Both the position numbers and the translations under genes were made by a program. 50,629 nt of DNA from Asterionella formosa (taxonomy: Eukaryota): contig NKIB01013845.1 of the NCBI GenBank assembly GCA_002256025.1, positions 1 through 50,629 of the forward strand, in the 5' to 3' direction. The notes under the pieces were generated by a model. It ran no database searches, was not told the origin of the DNA, and was given only the letters and a program-made list of their open reading frames with translations. The stretch's first letter is position 1; each line of letters begins with the position of its first letter. Shown in pieces: positions 12,291-24,044 of this stretch.

Positions 12291-13393
12291 GGTGTGTATT
12301 TGGATGACAAGACAGCAGCATCGCTCAAATTGCGGGAAAAACTAACTAATTCCCAAATAAGAATCAAAATATTTTTATTTATAAAAGTAGTCTAATAGAA
12401 ATATTTTACTTTTTTATATTGGTTTTGTCATCCTACGTCACAGTAGATGGGTGGTTGACAACATTTAGGATTTCCCAAAAAACGATAGCATCGTTTATGC
12501 GTCAGTCTTACCATAACCAATCCAAAACCAAGTTTTTGGGTTTTGGTTTGGGTCAACGGTTAGCAACGGCCTTATTATATAGATAGGGGTAACGCCGGTA
12601 TAAACTGATAGGCAGAGGCGATATGTATGTCGGTGTTATGTTTATATATATGATATTAGTCGATGAAAAATTTTATTTGTAGATACCGCCGGTATATAAT
12701 ATAAATTCTAAGAATAAACAAACTGACAACCATACCATATGTAGTACCCATTAGTGGTACGACCTAAAACCTGCTTTTAATATCAATTTCACATCACTCA
12801 CTTCATTCATCGCAGATTATGCTCCAGATGTTAATGAGAGGTGGGGGATTATGATTGGATAAATGATTCAGCCAGATTCCATCATCAATGGAAGATATGC
12901 ATGTTTATAATGATTTATTTTTCCATGATCATAGAGATTCAAAGCAGTACTATGTATAAATATCCTAATACCATAGAATCAATTTTTGTTCAACAGGGCG
13001 GGAAGATGACTTACAACATTTCATAATAACAATTATGAAACCAGCACACAAAAAAATATATTTTCATAGTTCTTGTGATGAGAGAGAATTTATCATCGAA
13101 TGCTGCCGCTTGTTTCCAGCCCTTCCCTTCCGGTACCAGAGTCCAGATGATATAGTGAAAGTTACTATAACAAGGTCATGAAATGGGAGATCCTATCCTC
13201 AGCAGCACAGCATGATCACACAGTGCATAAACCAGTACCTGGTACCGGTACTATGATCGGAGAGTCGAGCTCACCCTTTTCAGAACACTAATAAATCATA
13301 GCTCAAAGATTTTGAAATCTATGATATTGCATGAATTCAAAAGCAACTGCTGACTGGAATTCCAACTTCTATAGATGGTGATGTAGAATAGCA

Positions 13394-13607
13394 CCTTCTT
13401 TAGTGGAATTGGTTAGTACACTTGCTTCATTAGGTGGCGGGATCGATTCCTGCATTCTTCACCTGTCTTTCTTTTCTGTAGTCGCTAGGATTCTGGGGGC
13501 GGTGAGGCTGACGAAGGGACAAGTCCTGTTTTACCGTATGGATGAATATAACTGGTAGTAATTGTTTCCATTCAAGTGGGCATGAGTGCGATTATTGGAT
13601 CACTTTG
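13394..13607 (+). mobile_element. tRNA-headed SINE-like element, copy 1
   Basis: A-box-like TAGTGGAATTGG (13401-13412), T-arm GCGGG-ATCGATT-CCTGC with B-box-like GGATCGATTCC (13440-13450). Body is shared with three other loci. Confidence 0.6.
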
Positions 13608-14695
13608 CTCAGTTGTGACTTATGTTGTGAGTCAAAAATCCTTCAGAGATTGAAACAAGCTACTTCTATTTTGACAATCTCAAGATGATATGCTGAATAC
13701 AATGATGTTGCATGTGACCACTCCGAATTCAGGTCCAGGAACAATGTTTCTGTGAGGATTTGGTCAGATTATGTTTATTAACCTAATGTAATTTTGCCTC
13801 GCAAGTGAGACTTGACAAACAATTTTTTCTTGAGCTGCTGGTATGATGCATTCTATTACATGATCACTTTTCTTTGTGAAGAATGGAAACTTGCATTTCA
13901 TAGAACTGCTACCATTGACAAACAAAATGACAAGCAACAATCTTTGTCAATGAGCGAACTATATGATACAAACTTGGATCTTTACAATGAGCATTCATTT
14001 CATGTGAAAATGGTACTGATAGTTCCTTTGATTCAATAAAAAATGGTTTGGCTATTGTGTTTATTGAGCACACCTCCTCACATCATGGTACTGTGATCGC
14101 AAAATGAATTGTAAATGGGCTTGCCTACAACCATGTCAGTCTTACTATACTGAATGCATTTCCTACCAGCCACATGCTTCCTGCCCGATGCAACTCAATG
14201 ATCTCTCTTTTAGTCAAGCCATAGAAAGGTTCACTACTACTTAGTGCTAGCCCTGACTATTTGACACCTGAAATAAAGGTTTGGGAAAAGTAAACCTGAT
14301 GTAGCAGCAATGTAACAAGATCGAGAAACCTTTGGTTATTTTGGTTTACGTCTTCACTTTTGCAAAATCAAAGTTGCAAGCAGGTGAGGAAGATGCAATT
14401 TGGGGGAGGGTAATGTTGAATTTTGAAGTTGTGTGGAGACAAACAAGCAAAATTGCTTATAGCCCAACACTTCGCTGACTGAAATTAAATGTTTGTGGTA
14501 TATAGAATGATGTCTTGAATCAAAATCTGTCATTGGAGTTCTTACTTGGTATTAGCTAGAATCTCCTCAGGGACTAGCTTGAGTATTTCACGCAAGCACT
14601 TATATCATGGATAATCATAGGGGAAGTGGTTAATGTTGCCCCAGTTTCACAGGTATCAATTAATTGGATAAATTAGGCAGTCACATTTTGTTCTT

Positions 14696-15844
14696 TTAGC
14701 ATTCAAATTTATGCAAATCAATCATGGTAGTACAGTTCCTGCATCTTGGTTCCAAAACTCCTTTTCGCAGCTCATTCATTAGACGACTCCAGTTGCTCCT
14801 ACTAGTAAGAACAAAAATATTTGCTTCCATGGCCACCAGCAAGGATCCAAGAGCCCAAAGTCCAGCTTTCCCTTTCAACAGTTCCATAGATACATCCCCT
14901 ACTACATTCATTGCAGATTCTTTAGGTCGGTAGGGTAGCATGTACACGTAAAACTGATCCAAATACACATTCCATTCCTTTGGCATCTGCGAAGTAAAAG
15001 CCTCAACTGCCTTTGGATCTTCCGTGCAAAGCAAGAGGTTGACAGTAGTGATCTTCTTTGATTTGACAACCTTCTTCACGGCATCAATGTAAGCTTTTAT
15101 TGGTTGAAGTTCTGTTTCCTCGGCCTTGTCTCCCCATCGTACATGGACGGTAATTAGATTTTCCGGGACAGCGCCATTGGGAAAAACAGAATTCAATTGC
15201 CGTGTGGCTTCTTCAATCAGCAATGGTGACACACTGCTGAATAGGTATTCGGTCATTGCTACACGTTCAGATGACGCTGATTTCCCGACTTGGGCACCAC
15301 ATAATTTTGCTGGCTCAACCTTGATTTCCTTATTGAAGCTTTCCTTAGGACAGCTTGATGTTTCTGCATTGGGAAAGTAACACGCCAAGAGTGACGAAGA
15401 TGCTGTACCGTTACAAGTCTCTTGATCCCACCAGGCCCAATCGGCACTTGGCGTAGTTCGCATGCGGACTCCTTTACTCCATGCATTCAGCAGATAGACA
15501 CCCCAAACATGCAACTCACTCCCCAATCCCCAATTCTGTGTGTAATTCCTTTTTTCCTTCTTGGCTGATCGAAATTGGTGAGCTGCAACTGGAATAGAAC
15601 AGTCATGTTGGTGTGCATGAATCTTCTTGGCCAGCTGGGAATACAACGTTAGGTTGTTCCATTGAAACCGAAGTGCGGCCTTGCGACGACGAGTGGCAGG
15701 AACAAGGGCAGGAGGCTGATGCCGATCGGAAAGGGAAATGCGTTCCTGGTAAGCTCTTGTTGTAAGGTGCACTGCTGAAATGCTATAGCAGTAAAGGCCA
15801 AACGTAATGAACGCTCCAAGTGCAACAAAGTAACGGAAATTCAT
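14696..15844 (-). CDS. Type II membrane glycosyltransferase, GT23 (FUT8/NodZ)-like fucosyltransferase
   Basis: ATG 15844 then an N-terminal TM helix; GLGSELH, VHVRWGDKAEE (cf. FUT8 VHVRRTDK..E), CTED and SNWSRLMNEL motifs. The upstream poly-Leu in the ORF track is a (CAA)n/(CAG)n microsatellite. Confidence 0.7.
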   Translation of the reverse strand: MNFRYFVALGAFITFGLYCYSISAVHLTTRAYQERISLSDRHQPPALVPATRRRKAALRFQWNNLTLYSQLAKKIHAHQHDCSIPVAAHQFRSAKKEKRNYTQNWGLGSELHVWGVYLLNAWSKGVRMRTTPSADWAWWDQETCNGTASSSLLACYFPNAETSSCPKESFNKEIKVEPAKLCGAQVGKSASSERVAMTEYLFSSVSPLLIEEATRQLNSVFPNGAVPENLITVHVRWGDKAEETELQPIKAYIDAVKKVVKSKKITTVNLLLCTEDPKAVEAFTSQMPKEWNVYLDQFYVYMLPYRPKESAMNVVGDVSMELLKGKAGLWALGSLLVAMEANIFVLTSRSNWSRLMNELRKGVLEPRCRNCTTMIDLHKFEC

Positions 15845-18164
15845 GGTTCGTGTGGTCGCAGCTTCTGTTCTTGTATATTCTCTGCGGCACTTTTTGAGTT
15901 TTCGCAACAGCAGCAGCAGCAGAAACAACAACAACAACAACAACAACAACAATATTAGTATACGCAGAGCCAGATGAGTAAAATTCTAACAAGGAGTTAA
16001 ATTAAACAAATGGAATTGTGTACCAATAATAAAGAAGTGCACAACGACCACTAGCATTGCTGATGGAGCTCGAATGAAGCGATGACGGTTCCTCTACGTG
16101 CTTGTTCCTCATGTAATAGTTACATAGGATTTTAGGATGGTAAATTAAAGTCTACTTTGGGTGCTGTACCCTGGTACCAGACATCAATCAGTATATTGTA
16201 TTACCTGTACGGTCCACACCAACCAACCACCACCACTTTATTACATGTGTGTCATTGTATCACATGTATTTCATAAAAAGACTCTATTTTTTTTACCAGT
16301 GTAACGGTTATTTATTATCCTTATGGTACCTAAGCAGATGTACCCATATATGTAGGTATTAATCTATGGATTGTTTCAGAAGCCATGAAATATCAATTAC
16401 TACGTATGTAGAATCCAAAGGCGGGAAGTGAAGAGAATATGTCCGAGGGTTCGCCCAACAGCTGAAATATTATATACAGGCATTCTGAGATCATTTAACA
16501 TATCTAGGCGTATGTTATATAAAAATCCAACATACAAAAATTGTTCCAGGTAGGAATCTACGTAGTATTCCAAGTGTTTACATACGTATGTACAGGTATA
16601 CCAGTAAAGTTCGGCGAGTGATGAGGCAATGCACACGAAGAATCAAAAACAACACAGACAATGGAGCAGTCTAGAATACATAGATACATGAAGGTACACT
16701 GGAAACAAAAACAGAGGCAGGTTACTTGCTAGCATGCTAGTACTACATATTCTGACACTGCCTACCTGCAGATAGTGAGAAAATGAACACAAACAACTGC
16801 CGCAGTCTGGCAAAAGTGCCATACACAAGTTTAACCACTCACCATCTCAGCAAAATAAGGCTGTGTACAGTGCTGGTAACAGGTACAATGACAACTTGGT
16901 GGCTCCCTATTACTATGGGTGTCATTCATTGAACAAGGAATAAGCCAATTGGGATATAATCCACACCAGCATGCACCACAAAGAGAACAGTCACAAGGGG
17001 AGCAACCAAAACAAACATTCTGGGACCAATCTAAACCATCAGGGCTAGCTCCTAGTATGAAATAGGCATGGGGTAGAGAAATACAGTTGGTACTGCAGAA
17101 CACCCAGTTCACCTATTCACAAACAAAAAATCGTTAAAAATAGTCATTAGCCAGATGAGGGCTCTTACCCTAGAAGATACTAGTATTATGGGTTTATACA
17201 TATGTGCCAAGATCAACATTATGTCATGCTCCAGAAGTAAATAGCCAAGGCCATTGCCCAATCAGAATATGATGAACAAAATCAAATCAATCTACTATAA
17301 GGAATGCCAGGTAATTTACATCAGTGGCTAGAGAAGGCACTATGACTGGAAAAGTAACAAGGGTTCCTTGAAAGAATGATTCAAATTCCTGGTGGAGGAT
17401 TCAACTAAGGTGAGTGCAAAAATGGGCTAGAGGTCTGTCCAGTTATATCACATAACAGCAAATCTGGGTAGCACCAGTATACCTGGTACTCTTAAAAACA
17501 AACAAGATAATGTATCTGATGGATGCTGCAATTTGCAACATATGCCATGATCAACTAAAATTTCTGATTAGTAATCTGAAGATTTGTGCTTGCAAAGGGA
17601 CCACCGGATAGCGAACCTAAAGCATCACCAATTAGGTCGAAATCCCCAGCACATGTATACCTGTTGTACATTCTTGGCACAAGTAGCTAACATACCAGTA
17701 GATGAGTAGGTACGGAGTAATTTATACCAAAGTCAAGTACGGACGTAGGTTACGATATTTGCCTTTAGGTTTTTACGGTACGTCACGTCTTATGCCTAAA
17801 TTCGACTCGGACGATTAAAAAACCAGTTACCTTTTACTTGTCGCATCGTCCCACAGCCCGGCGTCGAAAAAACCCATCTCGGCATCACGCTTGGAATAAC
17901 ATCGTTGTTGGGTTTGAAATAGGTGTGTTTTGGTTGTTTCAGTTGTTGATCATGATGTTGCGACCGGCATCATCTGAACGAGTGCAACGGAGGATATGGA
18001 CTTGGCAATGAAGGCATAAGCAGATGAGCGAATGCCGTTGTCGTTTCATGTAAAATACAATCGTTCACTGCCACTTTGCATTCAACGTACTCACACAGCG
18101 CCTGTCCGTTCACGAACCCTGCTGTCCTGTTTGCACAGTTCAGAAATACTAATAAAATTAGACG

Positions 18165-18578
18165 ATGAAGTACGCCACCAATGTTTCGAGCGAACGTCGT
18201 AAGAACCGAAAGGCCCACTTTGGTGCGCACTCGGAGGCCAGACGCAAGATGATGTCGGCCAACTTGAGTAAGGAACTGCAAGCTCGTCACGGAGTTCGAT
18301 CTATGCCCATCCGCATGGACGACGAAGTTATTATTACCCGCGGGGTCTACAAGACTCGTGAGGGAAAGGTCACGGCTGTCTACCGTAAAAAGTGGGTGGT
18401 TCATGTCGAACGCATTACCCGGGAAAAGGCCAATGGAGCAACAGTCCCAGTCGGCATCCCAGCGAGCGCTCTCACAATCACCAAGCTCAAGATGGACAAG
18501 GATCGTAAGCAAGCGTTGGAGCGTAAGAGCAGAACCAAGGACAAGAAGGACGATGTTGCCATGTCGAACGTTGACTAA
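18165..18578 (+). CDS. RPL26: 60S ribosomal protein L26 (uL24), intronless
   Basis: [53 protein letters not shown]. Confidence 0.98.
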   Translation: MKYATNVSSERRKNRKAHFGAHSEARRKMMSANLSKELQARHGVRSMPIRMDDEVIITRGVYKTREGKVTAVYRKKWVVHVERITREKANGATVPVGIPASALTITKLKMDKDRKQALERKSRTKDKKDDVAMSNVD

Positions 18579-20344
18579 AAAACAAACAAATTATAATTAT
18601 ACAAAGTAAATACCGGTACTGTCGTCCCTCGCAAACATTCACAGTCAAGCTATTCACCATGTTTCAGATGTTGGCTAGACCTAATTTTGATTCGTATTAC
18701 ACCCGCTTAAAAAAGTTTATGGACTTAGATTTCAGTTTGCAGCATGGCTGGTCTCAGAATTTCACCGTGGGCAAATTCTACTGATAGCTCGTGTTCTTCT
18801 GTGATCATGATCCTTAGGAGGTAAAATACGGTCCTCTTTACATGTTTGCATCACATCGGTGAACCATTGGGTAAGAACATGTATATATATATATATTTAT
18901 ATATATGTTGATGCTCCCAGTCCAGATGATTCGCCCAAGAGAATGATGCTTTCCTGAAATGCGACTACTAGTACCGGTAACTTGAATATGCTTGTCACTC
19001 GTGCCCAAGGGCAAGGGAGGTAAATGAGTAGTATGAATGTGAAAAATCGATGGATATTTGCTTGGAAAAGAAATGATCCTTTAAATGACTTTGAGTTTGC
19101 CAACATCAGTTCATCGAGCAAGTTTTAAAATGACTTACTCCCATTTGGTTTGCCATTGAGCAATTTCATTGATTACCATTTCGGACTGGATCAAAATGTA
19201 TGGATCATGACAACATACTTACAGACATTCATGCCCATTACAGTCACAACATGAATGAAATACTTCATTGACGAACATGAAATCCCTCAGCGCTTCTTTG
19301 GATACTGCTGCTATCAGTCACTAAGGGACAACCATTGGTGGTTCACAGACCAAGCACCACGCTGTCACGACATTGGCTTAATCGAAATTATTTCCTCGTC
19401 GTCAAAATGTCCACGAGCATATATTCGTATGGAAATATATAACAGCATAAAGTCAAGAACGCAACGCAAATGAATGGAAAGTGAATAACATTATACAATG
19501 AGTTATTTCAAAATCAGGCAAATTGATATTGACATTTTCAGTGGGACCATGCAAATGAAGGAGTTTTCACAGCCTTGAGTACAGTACAGGACAGTACAGT
19601 TTCGCAGCAGCCGTCATTGCACCTTTTAACATATGCATGTCACATTTAGATCCTCTGATGTATACTTCTCACAGTCGCCACATAAAAAGTGATACACAGG
19701 CCGGTCGAGCAATAGGATTATTGTGAAAATAGAATTGTGAGCACAAGAATTACTCAGTTTGGCATATATTGAAGGTAATTGGGTTTGGGTATATAAAAAT
19801 TATATTCATCCCTGTAGACTTCTAATTGTATCTCATCTATGCCGATACATCAATCAATGTAGGCTCCAGTATTGTATATGTTTATTTATTGCTTCATATC
19901 ATGCATCCCAAGAAGGAGGAGGAGCGAGACTGAAAATCAAAATTTTCGTGGGGTCGTGCTCAAAATAATATCCTCGGAATGGTGTTGTTGACGGTGGATG
20001 GTCATGGTCCCAACTATTTATTATGCATACAAAAATTAAGTGTTTGTCCGTTTGAGCGATGTATAAGTATTAATTAATTAAAGTCATCTAATGTTCATTG
20101 ATTCTCCATCCGAGCCGGGCGTGCAGCACCAAAAAATCTTGATCGAAACTAATCGTTCTTCTTCATATAGCAATATTTTCAATCAGCCCATTCCCATTAC
20201 ATACAATCAATACAAGGGCAAAGGAATTTGAACCCCGAGCCGGCAACTCACCATCATTCCGGGACGAGAGCATTAGAAGAACAGTCGTCTAAAGCTTGGT
20301 TGTTAGGAAATCATATTGCAGCGAAAGGCAGAAGTTATCGAACC

Positions 20345-21750
20345 ATGAACATGAATGCCCTGTATCCAGTTGTGGTGGACCTCTCAGACTCTGAGTATGC
20401 ACCGCAAGGTTTCTGTTGCAGTCAATTTCTATGTTCGGGAGGAGTTGAATTTTCATTGAATGATTTGGTCAGCCCCGAACAAATGCCCATTACTTATGAG
20501 GATGACCGGAGAGAATTGGTGAGATCGCAAAGCAATGCAATGCGTCGGTCCAGGTCTCAAGGACTATCGCTCGCATCGACACCGTTGACGCAGGCGCAAT
20601 TTGAGACTCGAAACGAATACGACGACGCTGTGTTTGATCATCGAAGGATGACCTTCAATGATCTCTATGTGTTGACTCGACTGGTAAGGTTGTGCAAACT
20701 ATATTTATTCCGACACATCGCGCATTGCTAATTTCTGACACTTTGACACAGATCCACAAAGGGTTGAGGTCTGTCATTTGGGAGTGTGTACATAGAGCAA
20801 CTGGTCAAAGATATGCAGTCAAAATAGTGGATCGTCGTAATCTGAATAAAAACAAAGAAAAAGCCGTCTATCGAGAAATTCACATGCTTGACATCATTGA
20901 CCCTAACACTCCCGGAACGATTCACCTTCATCAGTACTTTGACGAATTCACCCATTTGTACATAATTACAGAATACATTCCTGGTGGCAACTTGCTGGCA
21001 CGCATTATTCGAAAGAAAAATATCTCTGAAGCAGAGACGAAGGTTGTTATTCGTTCCATGTTGGAGTGTCTTGTCAGTCACCATCGCAACGGAACTGTCC
21101 ATCGCAATTTGAAACCTGATAATATTTTGTTGGATGGACTATCCGCCATTATTGCGGATTATGGTCTTGCAGCCCAACTCATGTACGATGACACTGGTCA
21201 AATGGTACTTTTCACTTCGCGATGTGGGACCTCTGCCTATGTTGCACCTGAAATCCTAAACAAGCAGCCATATGCTTCCCAAGTTGACATGTGGGGAGTT
21301 GGGATTATTGCATACATGTGTTTGGCCGGTTATCCTCCATTTGCGGATAATTCCAAGCAAGTTCTGTTCGAGATGATATCGAAGGGTGCCTACACTTTTG
21401 ACCCCAAAGATTGGGCAAAGGTATCGCGATCAGCGAAGCGATTTATTTCCTCCTTGCTGCACGTGGATCCTTCAGTACGCATGACTGCGGAAGAGGCTCT
21501 TCATCATCCTTGGCTTGCTGTAAAGATTCCAGCTCCACCCGTGGTCGAAGAAGTGATTGCACCGCCACCACCTCCACCTCCACTTGACACAATTTCACCA
21601 AAAACGAGTCCAACCAATAAACTTCGGCGTGCACTTAGTAATCTTCTGGGAGGCAAGAAGGATTACGGAATCGAAAAGGCCGGGGACGATGGATCAATGA
21701 CTTCTTACAACACGTCGAATATGTCTACAGATAATCCGGGACAAAGGTAA
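20345..21750 (+). CDS. CAMK-family kinase-fold protein, predicted pseudokinase (copy 1); intron 20684-20751
   Basis: A 68-bp GTAAGG...ACAG intron joins LYVLTRL|IHKGLRSVIW; motifs YAVK, HRNLKPDN, DYG, CGTSAYVAPE, DMWGVG, RMTAEEALHHPW. Confidence 0.9.
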
Positions 21751-22316
21751 TATTTAGGGTCGAGAGCTGAGCGATGGCACATTAACTTTTAATAATAATT
21801 ATCATTGCCCTTTGCAGTGATCGTTAACCTACCATTAGGTGAATGCAGATTCCCTCCCAATCCAATTAGATTTTAGACCCCCCAGTGACTTGTACGGGAC
21901 TGTGGAAAAACCTTGACAAAGCAGCTAATAGACATATCAACCTTGATGCGTATTCATTATCATCCAGTCCATTAATATCCCATAAAAAGATTAATTTGCA
22001 ACGATTGGAGTGAGACTACAATGTATTGGCCTGGAAGGTTCAAGCACAAGGAGGGCAAGGGAACTTCGCAACGGATATTAACCGATTACGTACCGGGTAA
22101 GCCATCAACTAGAAGTATTTTTATATCTTTTTTGTCCTGTATCTACCTAATAGTGGGAGTACTGTCCATCTCGGTAACCTGGTACCTGGTACCAGGTACC
22201 AGGTACCACCGGTAACTGATTACCAAGTACCGGTATTTAGCAAGGTACGGAGGGAACGGGTACCAGTATTGTATGCAGAACAGAACGTACCTGGCACTCT
22301 ACTTGACATGCACATA

Positions 22317-22795
22317 CAGCATGCATATTGCAAAATATTTGGAACGAGTGACCCGAGGAGGGGAAGCCCCGTCGTTGTTTGCATTATAAATATCATAACA
22401 GTACCTGTCTGACAATCGGCGCCTGGCGGTCCTGGTACCTGGTATCTCGAATATAGTATGAACGACCTACAGAAAATGCGTGACCTAAGAGACAGCAAAA
22501 GAGATGATTTCAAACCAAAATTTTCCCTTTACCTGTCCACAGGGCAATGGATTGATTCTTGCCTACATACAAATACATAATATTTTAGCCACCACGAATC
22601 AATAACAGCACGAAGGGCTGGTCGTCCGTGATTAAAAAAGGTGAACATCTTCAGACTGAAATGACTACCTGGTACCTGGTGGTACCAGTACCGGTATATA
22701 CCTGGTACCGTAGAACACTGCTACAAAATATTTGTGGACTACATACCGGTACTGGTATCACAAAGAATGGGGGCTATACTGTTCTATGTACTGTG
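22317..22795 (+). mobile_element. Left-end fragment of the Tc1/mariner-like element at 40696
   Basis: Colinear with about 40696-41285; shared blocks include AAATATTTGGA.CGAGTGACCCGAGGAGGGGAAGCCCCG and TTGATTCTTGCCTACATACAAATACATAATATTTTAGCCACCACGAATCAATAACAGCACG; starts TA|CAG. Confidence 0.75.
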
Positions 22796-22922
22796 TATAT
22801 AGAAAGACATCGCAAGAAATTTAAAAAAAATGCATCTATGTAGGCCACACTGTCACAAAAATTTGACATTGAGCCGCCGAAAGAGAGCACAAGCGAACTG
22901 AAATAAATTGGTAGTCGACGGG

Positions 22923-24044
22923 ATGTCGTTTAATGATAGCTATGTCTTAACTCGCAAGGTATGACAGTGCACCATGTTTAATCACCATCGCAAGTCTTGC
23001 ACCTTGCTTACTAGTACTTTTCTCGTTGTAAAATTCCAGGTCCACAGAGGGGTGATTTCTGTCATTTGGGAGTGCGTTCATAGGACCACATGCTTGAGGT
23101 ATGCGGTAAAGGTTGTGGATCGCCGTCGACTAAATAGACGAGGTAAAGCAGCGATCTATCGAGAAGTTAAAATGCTCGCCATTATCGATCCCAAGGCACC
23201 AGGGACAATTCACCTTCATCAATTCTTCGACGAGCCCACACATTTTTATATTGTTACTGAGTATGCATCTGGTGGAAATTTGCAAGCTCGCATAGATCGC
23301 AAGCAGAACATCTGCGAAGACGAAACGAAAAGGATTATGCGGTGCGTTTTGGAGTGTCTCGTCTATCAGCACAAGCGTGGAATCGTCCATCGCAACATTA
23401 AACCGGATAACATTGTTCTGGAAGGGACCTCAGCCATGATTGTCGACTATGGTCATGCCGCTAAACTCATGTATAGTGACACAGGAGAAATGGTTATGCT
23501 AACTGCGCAATGCGGAACTTCATCGTACGTTGCGCCAGAAATGTTGAACAAGCAACCATATTCTTCTCAGGTGGATATGTGGGGTGTCGGTATTCTCGCC
23601 TACATGTGCTTGGCCGGGTATTATCCATTTTCTGTTGATTCCAAGCAAGCTGTATACGAGAGGATATCCAAGGGTTCTTACACGTTTGAAACTAAAGACT
23701 GGGCGAGCATTTCGGGACCAGCCAAACATTTTATTTCCTCCTTGCTACACGTTGATCCTGATGTTCGCATGACTGCCGAGGAGGCACTCCAGCATCCTTG
23801 GCTTGCATTTCCGATTCACGTCAAACCCGTGGTCGAGGAATTTGTAAATACTCCTGTTACAACGAAACGACAAAGTTCAACCATGAGTTCTGGAAGTAAT
23901 GCATGGACTCATTTTCCGGCTTCAAGACGACGGACGATGGAAACGAAACATCTGGTGAAGTCGAATGTGCGTCAAAGGGTTCGTAAATTGCTAAATCGAC
24001 TGTTGTGTCATCGTCATATTTTCCGAGTCGCAAGTAACTTTTGA
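22923..24044 (+). CDS. CAMK-family kinase-fold protein, predicted pseudokinase (copy 2, tandem paralog); intron 22959-23039
   Basis: MSFNDSYVLTRK|VHRGVISVIW with the same intron position as copy 1; HRNIKPDN, DYG, CGTSSYVAPE. An in-frame TGA lies just upstream of the ATG. Confidence 0.85.

Noticed and set aside
13394..13462. tRNA gene
   Set aside because: No acceptor stem, no variable loop and an 8-nt anticodon loop; contiguous with a dispersed repeat, so treated as a SINE head.
13690..14350. Degenerate kinase-like remnant (YLTPEI)
   Set aside because: One weak motif among many stops; not enough evidence.
17950..18030. C/D-box snoRNA upstream of RPL26 (also considered 5891-5980)
   Set aside because: Imperfect boxes, no terminal stem and no convincing rRNA guide of 10 nt or more.
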